A stretch of 64,000 nt of DNA from Gemmatales bacterium (GTDB taxonomy: Bacteria > Planctomycetota > Planctomycetia > Gemmatales > HRBIN36): contig JBDHUG010000001.1 of NCBI GenBank assembly GCA_039809045.1, forward strand, positions 1 to 64,000, given 5' to 3'. Below are positions 9,640 through 19,765 of this stretch, one piece after another. The position numbers were made by a program, and so were the translations under genes. Within the stretch, counting starts at the first letter, position 1; each line of letters begins with the position of its first letter. The notes under the pieces are model-generated. The model was given only the letters and a program-made list of their open reading frames with translations. It ran no database searches and was not told the DNA's origin.

Positions 9640-11250
9640 TCAATGTTGCAGTGGAGCATATCGTTGAATAATGGCCATCGCTGAGCGCAGGCCATCCACG
9701 GCTGCACTGACAATTCCACCAGCATAGCCCGCTCCTTCTCCAACGGGATAAAGGCCCTGCCATTCAGGGCTGGTGCGGCTGACATCGTCTCTCATGATGC
9801 GTATCGGGGCGCTGCCGCGAGCTTCAGGCCCTACCAAGGTTGCGTTTTCGAGAAAGCGACCTTCCCATTTGCGGTTCATCAATGGCAATGCTTGTTGGAT
9901 CGCTTTGGCAATGGCGGGCGGAAGCACCGCGTGAAGGTCGGCTGCGACAACGCCGCGTGGATAACTTGATGGCAATGAACCATGGCTGGAACGCTCTTGC
10001 AGATAATCCTTGGCCCATTGGATGGGACATCGATATTCTTGACGCCCCAAATGAAAGGCGATTTGTTCAAACTTTTCTTGCAACAGCATGCCAGCCAACG
10101 GATGTTCGGAACCAAATTGACTTGGCTCTAAAGTGGCCACCAGCCCGCTATTGGCGAAGGGTGAATCATGCTTGGATAGGCTCATGCCATTCGTGCAAAA
10201 GGCACCCGGGGCTGACACGCTTGGCATGACATAGCCGCCCGCACACATGCAAAAGCTGAAAACATCAATCCCATTGCCCTTGGCGATGACAGCGTATTGA
10301 GCGGCTCCCAATAGGTCTTCGAGTCGTTGTGAACCATAGCAATGACGGTTAACGGCTTCCTGGGGTTGTTCGATCCGTAATCCCAATTGGAAAGCTTTCG
10401 AAACCAGCGGCACGCCCTTGGCCATGAGCATGCGATACGTATCACGGGCACTATGGCCAATCGCCAGGATCACCACCTCGGCAGGTATGTAACCTGAACT
10501 TGTGCAGAGCCCCTGGACTTGACCATTGGCCAAATCGATTTCTTCCATGCGGCAGTGAAAGCGGATTTCCCCGCCCATGGCTTCAATCCGTTGTCGTTGT
10601 GCCTTGACCACGGCCGGTAAACGATTGCTGCCCAAATGCGGGCGATGCTCATAAACGATGCTCGGCTTCCCTTTGCACTCGGCATACATCTCTAAAATGC
10701 GACGAACATCAGGACCCGATCCGCGATAGGTGAGCTTACCATCACTAAACGTACCGGCTCCCCCTTCGCCGAAAAGGTAATTGCTTTCAGGGTTATGTGG
10801 TCCACCCGCATCAAACGCAGCCACATCGCGAATGCGCTGCGAAACCGGGGCACCACGCTCCAAAACCAGGGGTTGATAGCCTGCCATGGCCAGAAAGTAA
10901 GCTGCAGCCAACCCGCCAGGACCCGAACCCACAATCACGGGACGATGATTGAGAGATTGCTGGCCCGGTTTGGGTAAACGAAAAGGAGTCTCTTCATACC
11001 AATCAGCACGAATCTGTCGGTGGCGGCGATTGACGCGTTCAATGGCTTCCGACTCTTTTTCTTGCAGATGTACTTCCAGAGCGTAAACGAATGCCAGATC
11101 ATCGGCATCACGAGCATCGAGCGATTTGCGGAGGATGCGCCAGTGAATAATGTCTTGTGGCTTTATGGAAAAGATGCGGGCTAAATGCTCGGAAAGGGTC
11201 AACTCACTTTCCGTCACACCTAAGCGAATATTGGAGACGCGAATCGGCAT
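9640..11250 (-). CDS. FAD-dependent oxidoreductase (COG2509-like NAD(FAD)-utilising dehydrogenase)
   Basis: Rossmann dinucleotide motif VIVGSGPGGLAAAYFLAMAGYQPLVLERG; a C-terminal GEGAGYAGGIVSAAVDG is typical of this family. The start is taken at the internal MPIRVSN (11250) so that it does not overlap the upstream gene. Confidence 0.7.
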   Translation of the reverse strand: MPIRVSNIRLGVTESELTLSEHLARIFSIKPQDIIHWRILRKSLDARDADDLAFVYALEVHLQEKESEAIERVNRRHRQIRADWYEETPFRLPKPGQQSLNHRPVIVGSGPGGLAAAYFLAMAGYQPLVLERGAPVSQRIRDVAAFDAGGPHNPESNYLFGEGGAGTFSDGKLTYRGSGPDVRRILEMYAECKGKPSIVYEHRPHLGSNRLPAVVKAQRQRIEAMGGEIRFHCRMEEIDLANGQVQGLCTSSGYIPAEVVILAIGHSARDTYRMLMAKGVPLVSKAFQLGLRIEQPQEAVNRHCYGSQRLEDLLGAAQYAVIAKGNGIDVFSFCMCAGGYVMPSVSAPGAFCTNGMSLSKHDSPFANSGLVATLEPSQFGSEHPLAGMLLQEKFEQIAFHLGRQEYRCPIQWAKDYLQERSSHGSLPSSYPRGVVAADLHAVLPPAIAKAIQQALPLMNRKWEGRFLENATLVGPEARGSAPIRIMRDDVSRTSPEWQGLYPVGEGAGYAGGIVSAAVDGLRSAMAIIQRYAPLQH

Positions 11251-11273
11251 GAGGCCACATTTCGAGGTACAGT

Positions 11274-11714
11274 TTATTTGACGGGTCGCGGCGGCAAATG
11301 ACAGACACCATCTTTGCAAGGGACCAGCTTATAACGATTTCGAGCTACCCACATATAAATCTTCTGCCCCAACCAAGGAACGCCTGGCAAATAGAGTAAA
11401 GGTGCCACGATCCACAATAAAGGCATTCGCCAGGACAACCAGCGAAACGCGCCAAAGCCATGATACACCGACTGCTTGTTTGCTGTGACCAGGTGAATCT
11501 CTTCTAAAAGTTTGTCTTGCTGCAATGGTGGCTGCATGGTTGGTATCGCGTTGGTTTCACGAGCATTTTGATAATGTACACGGTCTAGCCAATCAAGTCG
11601 TTGGAGCCACGCAACGCTCAATAAGCAAAGCGGACACTGCCCATCGAAAAGCAGAATCGCTTTGTCGAGTTGCCTTCGGTCAAACGAAACAGTCTTGTGC
11701 ATGTCAACACCCAC
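11274..11714 (-). CDS. Thiol-disulfide oxidoreductase DCC family (DUF393)
   Basis: LLFDGQCPLCLLSVAWLQRLD is the signature DCC motif (D-x-x-C-P-x-C). The size is about 140 aa. Confidence 0.7.
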   Translation of the reverse strand: MGVDMHKTVSFDRRQLDKAILLFDGQCPLCLLSVAWLQRLDWLDRVHYQNARETNAIPTMQPPLQQDKLLEEIHLVTANKQSVYHGFGAFRWLSWRMPLLWIVAPLLYLPGVPWLGQKIYMWVARNRYKLVPCKDGVCHLPPRPVK

Positions 11715-12002
11715 TTAGCTATTGACCCTACTTTATTTTATCGCACGCGAAGTAAGGACTTGTACCTCTTCCAAAAAATAACCGTAATTGCAAACGAATT
11801 AAGATCGATTCTTAGATCCCTAATTGTGAATACGGTGAATTTGAAAATCATAAAGCAATATCAGTCAATAGCTTATGGAATAATCTGAAGATTAGTTGGC
11901 CAACTATGATTGCCATTTGATTTCTAAATGATATCATATAGTTATCGATAGCTTTGATACGTCATAAGTAGCATTAAAATAACCCTTTGAAAGCGCCTTA
12001 TC
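11715..12002. promoter_or_regulatory. AT-rich divergent intergenic region (candidate promoters for the DCC gene on the minus strand and the SPFH gene on the plus strand)
   Basis: About 290 bp that is markedly AT-rich compared with the flanking sequence (for example aaaataaccgtaattgcaaacgaattaagatcgattcttagatccctaattgtgaatacggtgaatttgaaaatcataaag). It lies between divergently oriented genes. Confidence 0.45.
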
Positions 12003-13121
12003 TTGAAGGAGCTGCCCGTGAAAGAGCCTATTCGTGAAATTGAAGTCAAGCCGCGTTCCGGTTGGCCAATGCTGTGGTTTACGCTACTTGGCGAGCCTTT
12101 GGCCATTATCTTGTTGATCTGGTCATTGAGTGCCATGAACCCATACTTGGCCGATTTTTACGCCGATCGCAACCATGAAAACTCAGCGCAGGCCAGCAAA
12201 AACAAGCCACCGTTGGAGGATGACTTTATTAAGGAGAAGCAAAAAGTCGTTAAAGCCGTAGTTAAGAATTTAGGCTCAGAACACCCGTTCTTCTTAACTT
12301 CGGTGATTGTGGCTTTTGTGTTGTTTGAAGTCGGTTGGTTCATCAATTTGTTTGGGTTCATGATCATCAACCCGAACGAAGCACGTGTGTTGCAGCTATT
12401 CGGTACCTACGTGGGCACAGCCAAGGAAGTGGGCTTCTTCCATGTCAACCCATTCTATACCAAGCGTCGGGTTTCGCTTCGCGTGCAAACCTTCGAGACT
12501 GGTTTGCAAGAAAGCGGCGAAACCAAGAATACCGCGGGGCAGGTGATTCATGCAACGCAGCGTCAACGTCTACCTAGCAAGGTGAACGACCGCGACGGAA
12601 CACCCATCGAGATTGCAGCCGTGGTGGTGTGGCGCGTCGTCAACCCGGCTGAGGCGGTTTTCCAGGTAGATCAGTTTGAGGACTTTGTGCACATTCAAAG
12701 TGATTCCGCCTTGCGCAGCCTGGCCAGTCAATACAGTTACGACAATCCCGACGATCAGGAGCATTCACTGCGGGGGCACACGGCTGAAGTGGCTGATCGC
12801 TTACAGGCGGAGATCCAGGAGCGGGTAGCCTTGGCAGGGGTCAAGATCGAAGAAGCCCGTATCAGTTACCTGGCCTATGCGCCTGAAATCGCAGCGGCCA
12901 TGCTGCAGCGTCAACAAGCTGGAGCACTGATTGCAGCCCGAGCACGCATTGTGGAAGGTGCGGTGAGCATGGTCGAACATGCACTGGACATGCTGAGCGA
13001 GAAAAAAATTGTCGAACTGGACTCCGAACGCAAAGCCGCCATGGTTTCGAATCTGCTGGTTGTCTTGTGTGGTCATAGTGTGCCACAGCCCGTCTTGAAC
13101 ACGGGAACCATTCACCAATAG
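12003..13121 (+). CDS. SPFH/band-7 (stomatin/prohibitin-like) domain membrane protein
   Basis: Two N-terminal TM helices are followed by an SPFH core (IINPNEARVLQLFGTYVGTAKEVGFFHVNPFYTK...IEIAAVVVWRVVNPAEAVF) and a coiled-coil C-terminus. The start is TTG at 12003 or GTG at 12018. Confidence 0.7.
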   Translation: MKELPVKEPIREIEVKPRSGWPMLWFTLLGEPLAIILLIWSLSAMNPYLADFYADRNHENSAQASKNKPPLEDDFIKEKQKVVKAVVKNLGSEHPFFLTSVIVAFVLFEVGWFINLFGFMIINPNEARVLQLFGTYVGTAKEVGFFHVNPFYTKRRVSLRVQTFETGLQESGETKNTAGQVIHATQRQRLPSKVNDRDGTPIEIAAVVVWRVVNPAEAVFQVDQFEDFVHIQSDSALRSLASQYSYDNPDDQEHSLRGHTAEVADRLQAEIQERVALAGVKIEEARISYLAYAPEIAAAMLQRQQAGALIAARARIVEGAVSMVEHALDMLSEKKIVELDSERKAAMVSNLLVVLCGHSVPQPVLNTGTIHQ

Positions 13122-13129
13122 TGCAAACG

Positions 13130-13168
13130 CAAGAAGCAGGTACGATACCTGCTTCTTGTCGTTTTTGG
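13130..13168 (+). terminator. Rho-independent terminator of the SPFH gene
   Basis: A perfect 13-bp stem CAAGAAGCAGGTA-cga-TACCTGCTTCTTG (13130-13158) is followed by TCGTTTTTGG. It begins 9 nt after the stop codon (13119-13121). Confidence 0.8.
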
Positions 13169-13229
13169 CTAAGAGAAACTCACAGATCATCGGGAAAGAG
13201 AACTGAACTCTGCTTAGACTTCCTTTGGA

Positions 13230-13490
13230 GTGCGAATGGTGGCTGAGCGAAGGTCCTTTTTATTGCGCATAGACCCCATGGTGCTCGATGCCGTTCAACG
13301 TTGGGCCAACGACGATCTTCGTAGCCTGAATGCTCAAATCGAGTACTTATTGCGTCAATCGTTGCAAAGGGCGGGGAGACTTAAGCCTGTCATCGATATA
13401 GCCAACCAGGCAGAAATGCACCAAACACCTTCGCCGTCGGATGCCGACCCGACAGGTGAGCCGCCCACGTCCGCTTTTCCTACTGAATAG
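13230..13490 (+). CDS. Arc/CopG-like ribbon-helix-helix DNA-binding protein
   Basis: ERRSFLLRIDPMVLDAVQRWANDDLRSLNAQIEYLLRQSLQRAG matches the Arc-type RHH (beta-strand then two helices). An acidic/Pro-rich tail follows. Confidence 0.6.
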   Translation: MRMVAERRSFLLRIDPMVLDAVQRWANDDLRSLNAQIEYLLRQSLQRAGRLKPVIDIANQAEMHQTPSPSDADPTGEPPTSAFPTE

Positions 13491-13562
13491 TAAGGAATGC
13501 TTGGCGATACGTTAACCAGATGTATAGACTGAGAAGATCGCCTTCGTGGAGTATGTTGATTC

Positions 13563-15068
13563 ATGCCGTTACCCAAAGTTGCCATTATTGGCCGCCCCAA
13601 TGTGGGCAAATCATCGTTGTTCAACGCCTTGGCAGGGGTTCGCATTGCCATTGTGGAACCAACCCCAGGTGTAACGCGCGATCGGCTCGCGTTCCCACTC
13701 TGCGTCGATGGACAGCATTATGTTGAATTGATCGATACGGGTGGGATCGGCATCGTCGATTCACAAGCGCTTTCTGACGATGTGGAAAAGCAAATCTCCC
13801 TCGCCATCAAGGAAGCCGATCTGATCCTGTTTACGGTCGATGTCCGCGATGGCATCATGGCTTTGGATCAGCAGGTATCTGATCGGCTTCGGACTCTGGG
13901 GAAGCCGGTGATTCTGGTCGTGAATAAATGCGACACGGATCAACTCGATTTGGAAGCGCAACATTTTCACAAAATGGGATGGTCACCCTTGGTTTGCGTC
14001 AGTGCTCATCAAGGCCGAGGCCGTACGGAGCTACTGGCCCAGCTCATTAAGGCGTTGGGCAAGCGACTGAAAGAGGCAGAACCCCCGGCTGAAGTGGCTA
14101 TGAAGATTGCCATTGTGGGGCGCCGCAATGTTGGCAAAAGCACGTTTATCAACTGCCTGGCTCAAGAAGAACGGGTGATTGTCAGTGAAGTCGCCGGCAC
14201 AACACGCGACAGTGTGGACGTGCGCTTTGAACGCGATGGTTTAACCTTTATCGCCATCGATACGGCCGGCGTGCGCAAAAAGGCCAAGATTGACGACAGC
14301 ATTGAATTCTACAGCCTGGCCCGTGCTGAGCGGTCGATTCGAAGGGCAGACGTGGTGTTGCAATTCTTCGATCCGAACGACACGATCAACCAAGTGGATA
14401 AGCATTTGGCAGCCTACATTCTGGAAGAGCATAAACCGGCCATTTTTGTAGTGAATAAATGGGACACGGTTAAGGATAGGCTCGTTACTCGACAATGGGC
14501 AGATTACTTACTCCAAACTTTCCCTGCTCAAGATTATGTGCCTATTTCATTTATTTCAGGCAAGGATGGTAAGAATGTCTACCGTTTATTGAACCTGGCC
14601 CAAAATCTATTCAAACAAGCCACGACCAGGCTCAGCACGTCGGAGTTAAACCGTCTCTTTCGTGATGCGATTGAGCATCGACCTCCACCCGTGCGACAAA
14701 ATCGCACGCCGCGCATTTACTATGCAACCCAAGTGGCCACACAGCCCCCGACGCTCGTTGCCTTTACGAACGGTCCCGAATTGTTTGATGAATGGTATTG
14801 CCGTTATTTGCTCAGACAGTTGCGGGATCATTCGGTCTTTGCGGAAATCCCGATCAAGATGTTGTTAAGACTACGCGGTGAAGATGTCGACACGGAAGCG
14901 GATAACAAACGCAATCCATCGAAGCAATCGCAAGGCCGTCGGGCCCGAAAGGAACGCCGTGCCAAACGAGAGATTTCCCAAGAAGAGCGACCTAACATAC
15001 AGAAAAAGCCAGGCAGCAAGAAACGACCCCGCCCAGAAAAAACCCCCGACATTTGGCGTGATTTGTAA
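13563..15068 (+). CDS. der: Ribosome-associated GTPase Der (EngA) with a basic C-terminal tail
   Basis: Two GTPase domains (IIGRPNVGKSSLFNAL ... IAIVGRRNVGKSTFINCL, DTAGVRKK, NKWD) and a KH-like C-terminus. An extra Lys/Arg-rich tail of about 60 aa follows (QGRRARKERRAKRE...KKRPRPEK). Confidence 0.9.
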   Translation: MPLPKVAIIGRPNVGKSSLFNALAGVRIAIVEPTPGVTRDRLAFPLCVDGQHYVELIDTGGIGIVDSQALSDDVEKQISLAIKEADLILFTVDVRDGIMALDQQVSDRLRTLGKPVILVVNKCDTDQLDLEAQHFHKMGWSPLVCVSAHQGRGRTELLAQLIKALGKRLKEAEPPAEVAMKIAIVGRRNVGKSTFINCLAQEERVIVSEVAGTTRDSVDVRFERDGLTFIAIDTAGVRKKAKIDDSIEFYSLARAERSIRRADVVLQFFDPNDTINQVDKHLAAYILEEHKPAIFVVNKWDTVKDRLVTRQWADYLLQTFPAQDYVPISFISGKDGKNVYRLLNLAQNLFKQATTRLSTSELNRLFRDAIEHRPPPVRQNRTPRIYYATQVATQPPTLVAFTNGPELFDEWYCRYLLRQLRDHSVFAEIPIKMLLRLRGEDVDTEADNKRNPSKQSQGRRARKERRAKREISQEERPNIQKKPGSKKRPRPEKTPDIWRDL

Positions 15069-15090
15069 GCAATGGATTGAGCCAAAGACG

Positions 15091-17406
15091 TTAAGTGTTC
15101 TCGTTGGCTTCGATTTCGTCCCAATTGACCAATTGAATCGGGCTGGGAATGACACGCGTAAAGTGCGTTCGCTTGACGGCCTCAAAACCCTTTCCCGCTC
15201 GGCTCGCTTGTTCGCGGCTGCCGTAAAATTCCATGGTCTTCCCGCCACTGGTCTCAACGGTCAGCAGATCATTTTGATTGTGGATTAAGGTACCCCCAAG
15301 GCAGCGATCATTCTCTTCCAATTTGATGCCGATCACCCCTTTGCCGACACCGGACAGGACGGGGATTTCTTCCAGGGAGAAGTGCAATACGTGCCCATTG
15401 ACTGATGCCAGGATCACGCTTTTTTCATTCCCAATGAGATTAACCTGCACCACTTGATCGCCGTCATTGAGCCTTACAAATTGTCTGCCTTTCACGGTTG
15501 AGGCTGCGCGATAGGGACTAAAGGGCATGCGTAATACTTGACCTAAAGCGGTAACTACAAAGAGATATGGCTTCTGAGGTTCGCGGCCATGATCGGCAGG
15601 AGTAAATCGCGGATCGGTTGTTAGCGCAGCGATGATCTTGCACCCTTCCCCCAGTCGGAAGAATTTGCTGATGGGTTCGCCATATCCAGAACTGGCGGGG
15701 ATATCGCTGGCCCGCAACGTATACGCTGAGCCGTCATCGCTGAAAAATACAACAAAGTCATGGGTGCTGGCTGGTACGACGGCAAGCACTTCGTCGCCTT
15801 CCCGCGTGCGGGTGGTCTCCACGGAAGCGAGTCGTCCCACGCGCTTGATCCAACCGTCGCGGGTCAGAACAACGTTCGTGTTTTCGCGAATAATGTATGC
15901 CTCAGGGTCGAACTCGGGCATTTCTTCATCAGATGAGAGTTTCGTACGCCTGCGTTCACCGTAAGCCGATTCCAATTCGCCCAGCTCTTTTTTCACGACT
16001 CCCCAGAGCTTTTTCTTCGATTGCAACAGCTCCTCGATTTCTCGGGCCGCCTCTTTTTTCTCCTTTAACTCATCGAGGATCTTTTTGATTTCGAGCTTGG
16101 CGATGCGGTACAGCAACATTTCCAGGACGGCATCTGCTTGAAGCTCATCGAGGCCGATCTGCTGCATCAATTTCTCAGCAGCATCGGCCTTGCCTTGACT
16201 GTTGCGAATCAGCTCCAATACCAAGTCCAAGGCGTTGAAGACCTTGCGAAAGCCTTCCAACAGATGGATGCGCTCTTTCAGCTTTTTCAGTTGGTATTCA
16301 AAGCGGCGTTTGACCGTGGCGAAGCGGAAATCGAGGAAGTGCCTGAGCATCTCCTTGAGGCTCAACCGTTCGGGCCTGGTTTGACCGTCAGCTGTAGGAA
16401 TCAGACAGGTCATGTTAAATGCATAGTTTTCTTGCAGCGCGGTGTGCTTGTACAGATAGGCCATCACCACGTCAGGCTCGGTGTCCGGTTTGATTTCCAG
16501 GACGATCCGGGTGCCTTCCTTTTCGTTGGATTCATTGATGACATTGAGCAGTTGCGGCAATTGACGATTGGCTATGATCATGCCGATCTTTTCTTCTAAC
16601 ACACCACGATTGACACCATAAGGGATAGAGGTAATGACAATCTGTTTTTTCTTGCCCGCTTCCTCAATTTTCCATTCCCCTTGCACTTTGATGCTGCCCG
16701 AGCCTTCTTCATAAATCTTGCGAAGCGTTTTGCGGTCGGCGATGATCCTGCCACCGAGCGGGAAATCAGGCCCTTTGATTTTATCCAAAAGCTGGGCCAC
16801 ACTCGCGCCAGGATCGTCGATCAATAACAAAGCAGCTCGGATGACTTCGCCTAAATTGTGCGGCGGGATGTTGGTGGCCATGCCAACGGCAATGCCCGCA
16901 GCTCCATTGACAAGCAAATTGGGAAACCGTGCAGGCAACACATTCGGCTCCAGACGCGTCCCATCGTACGTCGGCTTGAAATCGACGGTTTCCTGTTTCA
17001 ATTCGCTCATCAATTCTTCAGCGATGGCGGTCAGGCGGCATTCGGTATAGCGATTGGCAGCAGCAGCGTAACCATCTACCGAACCAAAGTTGCCTTCACC
17101 ATGAACCAAGGGGTATCGCATCACCCAGGGTTGCGCGAACCGAACGAGCGTGTCGTAAATGGCGGATTCACCATGGGGATGATAATTGCCCATCACATCG
17201 CCGCAGACTTTGGCACATTTGATCGCCTTTTCGTTGGCATAAAGATGCAAATCGTTATACATGCTGTAAAGGATGCGTCGTTGCACCGGTTTTAAACCAT
17301 CGCGAACGTCCGGCAATGCACGCGACATAATGACAGAAAGTGCGTAATTGAGATAACGCCGCTGTGTTTCTTCGGATATCGAAACCTGATCAATGATTTC
17401 TGCCAT
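15091..17406 (-). CDS. Type IIA DNA topoisomerase subunit A (GyrA/ParC family)
   Basis: MAEIIDQVSISEE...YALSVIMSRALPDVRDGLKPVQRRILYSM...HPHGESAIYD contains the catalytic Tyr region and the beta-pinwheel C-terminal domain. I see no canonical GyrA box (QRRGGKG), so a ParC-like or atypical GyrA is possible. The start is the internal M at 17406. Confidence 0.85.
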   Translation of the reverse strand: MAEIIDQVSISEETQRRYLNYALSVIMSRALPDVRDGLKPVQRRILYSMYNDLHLYANEKAIKCAKVCGDVMGNYHPHGESAIYDTLVRFAQPWVMRYPLVHGEGNFGSVDGYAAAANRYTECRLTAIAEELMSELKQETVDFKPTYDGTRLEPNVLPARFPNLLVNGAAGIAVGMATNIPPHNLGEVIRAALLLIDDPGASVAQLLDKIKGPDFPLGGRIIADRKTLRKIYEEGSGSIKVQGEWKIEEAGKKKQIVITSIPYGVNRGVLEEKIGMIIANRQLPQLLNVINESNEKEGTRIVLEIKPDTEPDVVMAYLYKHTALQENYAFNMTCLIPTADGQTRPERLSLKEMLRHFLDFRFATVKRRFEYQLKKLKERIHLLEGFRKVFNALDLVLELIRNSQGKADAAEKLMQQIGLDELQADAVLEMLLYRIAKLEIKKILDELKEKKEAAREIEELLQSKKKLWGVVKKELGELESAYGERRRTKLSSDEEMPEFDPEAYIIRENTNVVLTRDGWIKRVGRLASVETTRTREGDEVLAVVPASTHDFVVFFSDDGSAYTLRASDIPASSGYGEPISKFFRLGEGCKIIAALTTDPRFTPADHGREPQKPYLFVVTALGQVLRMPFSPYRAASTVKGRQFVRLNDGDQVVQVNLIGNEKSVILASVNGHVLHFSLEEIPVLSGVGKGVIGIKLEENDRCLGGTLIHNQNDLLTVETSGGKTMEFYGSREQASRAGKGFEAVKRTHFTRVIPSPIQLVNWDEIEANENT

Positions 17407-17515
17407 GGTTGGTTCTTTTCGTAAGTTAGCTGAGTCCCGTTTACTTCGACAGCCCAGTGCATTCATCCAAAGACGAATCGTTAACGGATCGTCAACGCTT
17501 TGAAGGTAGGAAACA

Positions 17516-18427
17516 ATGCAGCAAACGGCAACCTCAACTTTTCGAAGCGGGTTGCTCTTTGGCCTTGCGGCCTATGGCTTATGGGGGGCCATGCCGATTT
17601 ATTTGCGCTTGGTCAAGCAAGCCTCCGCCTGGGAATTGCTGGCTCATCGCATCTTGTGGTCGATGCTGTTGCTTGTGGTGTTTGTGACGGTCATGCGTCG
17701 CTGGCGGCTGGTGTTGCAAAATCTGAAACACCGCAAAGTGCTCGCCATGCTGTGCTTAAGTACCGTGTGCATCGGCTGCAACTGGTTCTTTTTTATTTAC
17801 GGAGTGGCTACGCAGCAAATCGTGCAAACGAGCCTGGGATACTTTATCACACCGCTGGTGAATTTGCTGTTTGGCATGTTCATTTTTGGTGAACGGCTCA
17901 GGCCCATGCAATGGCTCGCCGTGCTGCTGGCGGTTGTCGGCGTCATGGTCATGGTTGTGAAAGGTGGTCAATGGCCCTTGCTTGCGCTCGGGTTGGCGGC
18001 ATCCTTCGGCATGTATGGCATGTTACGCAAAGCAGCACCCGTGGATGGCTTAGTGGGTATGACGATTGAGACGGTGCTGTTATGCCCAGCGGCTGTGGGA
18101 TTGCTCTGGTCCTTTGCTGCAAAACAGGAATTGCTCTTTGGTCAACACGGCATCAACATGGATGTGCTGCTTGCGTTCAGCGGTGTCATGACGACGGTTC
18201 CATTACTCTGTTTCGTGGCAGCCGCTCGCCGCTTGCCGCTATCGGTATTAGGCTTCTTGCAATATCTGTCCCCCAGCATTCAATTTCTCCAAGCGGTCTT
18301 CTGGTTTGGAGAGCCGTTTAACTCGATGCAGTTGTTGAGCTTCTGTTTTATCTGGTCAGCATTGGTCATCTTCACGATCGATTTGATTCGCCGCCATCGC
18401 GTGCCTGTCGTTTTGGAATACGACTAA
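17516..18427 (+). CDS. rarD: EamA-family transporter RarD
   Basis: It has ten predicted TM helices, the typical RarD N-terminus (GLLFGLAAYGLWGAMPIYLRL) and EamA duplication. Confidence 0.75.
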   Translation: MQQTATSTFRSGLLFGLAAYGLWGAMPIYLRLVKQASAWELLAHRILWSMLLLVVFVTVMRRWRLVLQNLKHRKVLAMLCLSTVCIGCNWFFFIYGVATQQIVQTSLGYFITPLVNLLFGMFIFGERLRPMQWLAVLLAVVGVMVMVVKGGQWPLLALGLAASFGMYGMLRKAAPVDGLVGMTIETVLLCPAAVGLLWSFAAKQELLFGQHGINMDVLLAFSGVMTTVPLLCFVAAARRLPLSVLGFLQYLSPSIQFLQAVFWFGEPFNSMQLLSFCFIWSALVIFTIDLIRRHRVPVVLEYD

Positions 18428-18484
18428 ACAAACAACCCACCTTTTCAAGTGGGTTGCAATTCGGGTCAAACTGGATCCAGTTGA

Positions 18485-19183
18485 TTAAAAGTCTGAATGG
18501 TCAAAGGTGTCGCCTGTCTCATGCGGTGTAAATAGCCACGATACTTGCTTGGAAATCGCTTCGATAAAGCCCTCGCGGAAGCGCGGCAAGGTAATGTCGC
18601 TGGTTGGTACCGAGCGTAATTTGGTGGGGTAATCGACCACGATAAACTTGCCATTGAAAACAGTTTCTTGGGAATCAGGGAGAATGCGAACCACACTCAC
18701 CGTTAACTCGGCATGACCTTTGTACAAAGTGCGATGCGAGGCTTCTTCATAGAGGCTGAGTGATTGGATGTCGACATAGACGAGATAATCTACTTTCAGT
18801 GCCCGCCCGATTTCACCCTTCTCCCATTTCACCCAATCGGGATGCTCGTTCTGAAATTGCTGGACTTTGGAGGCGAGTACCACTTCTTTTTTGTAACGCA
18901 TGCGTTTGCTGTCAAAGTAATCCGCGATCCGACGTGAAACGCGGTCGTTCAATTCCCGATCGACAGGCCCCATTTCCTGACGGGCACTGTAAGGCGAATA
19001 GGTAATGACGGCCACACGTTTGGTATCCTGTGGAAACTTGAAGGCAATGCGTTCTTCAAGGTCGGCTCCGGTCAAATAAGCCGTGAAGGTAAAGATGCCC
19101 AAGGGATTACAGCCCACGGAGCAAAACGACAATAACATCCCGATTGCAACACTCGTGAACACGATACGTTGGGCAGCCTTCAT
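18485..19183 (-). CDS. Putative lipoprotein (unknown function)
   Basis: A signal peptide with a lipobox-like LSFCSVGC follows the internal start MKAAQRIVFTSVAIGMLL (19183). The ORF extends to 19240. Confidence 0.5.
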   Translation of the reverse strand: MKAAQRIVFTSVAIGMLLSFCSVGCNPLGIFTFTAYLTGADLEERIAFKFPQDTKRVAVITYSPYSARQEMGPVDRELNDRVSRRIADYFDSKRMRYKKEVVLASKVQQFQNEHPDWVKWEKGEIGRALKVDYLVYVDIQSLSLYEEASHRTLYKGHAELTVSVVRILPDSQETVFNGKFIVVDYPTKLRSVPTSDITLPRFREGFIEAISKQVSWLFTPHETGDTFDHSDF

Positions 19184-19249
19184 GGCACAATTCCCCTTCC
19201 TGAACCTGGTGCAGTCAGTGCTTTTGGTCAGCCGCGGCACCTAAATCGT

Positions 19250-19765
19250 TTACTGTAATAGTAAACGCACCCCCCAAACCACGATGATTAATCCCAGTCC
19301 AATCATTCCGGCAGCGATGCAGGCAACGTCATCCAAATAAGGCCCACTGCCTCGGAAAACGGCCCATAACAGGCCCAACACCAATACCCATCCCACTACC
19401 GCGAACATTGTTCCCAAAGGATGAGCTTGCCAGGCCCATTGCCATTGGCCATGCATGACATGGCTAAAACTCGTTGTCATTCCACAGGTTGGACATAGCC
19501 AACCCGTTTTTTCCATGAATAGGCATGGAGCTAAACCCAACTGTTCATGCACGCCATGTCGCAGTGGCGCTCCCTTGGCATCCCATGGCGTAAGCCAAGC
19601 AGCTAATCCGTAAACCAGCAGCATTCCGAGCAAAAGCAATCCGAGCCATAGCCGTGTCCAGCCACTGTACCTCACCCAGGTCCAACGTGCAGGTGGCAAG
19701 CGCGGAGGCCATTTCGCATAGTCCTGCTCAGATGTCGTTTCTTCCATAACGAGCCTCATCAGCAT
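19250..19765 (-). CDS. DUF2752-family membrane protein
   Basis: Paired Cys motifs (CLFMEKTGWLCPTCGMTTS) are typical of DUF2752. Two to four TM helices follow. Confidence 0.55.
   Translation of the reverse strand: MLMRLVMEETTSEQDYAKWPPRLPPARWTWVRYSGWTRLWLGLLLLGMLLVYGLAAWLTPWDAKGAPLRHGVHEQLGLAPCLFMEKTGWLCPTCGMTTSFSHVMHGQWQWAWQAHPLGTMFAVVGWVLVLGLLWAVFRGSGPYLDDVACIAAGMIGLGLIIVVWGVRLLLQ

Noticed and set aside
15632-17295. Several plus-strand ORFs of 110-153 aa inside the type IIA topoisomerase gene
   Set aside because: They are antisense to a highly conserved topoisomerase frame and have low-complexity translations.
18434-18455. Short inverted repeat AACCCAC-cttttcaa-GTGGGTT between the convergent rarD and lipoprotein genes, as a possible bidirectional terminator
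   Set aside because: It has only a 7-bp stem with no clear U-tract on the plus strand. It is plausible on the minus strand (GTTTGTTT), but too weak to call.
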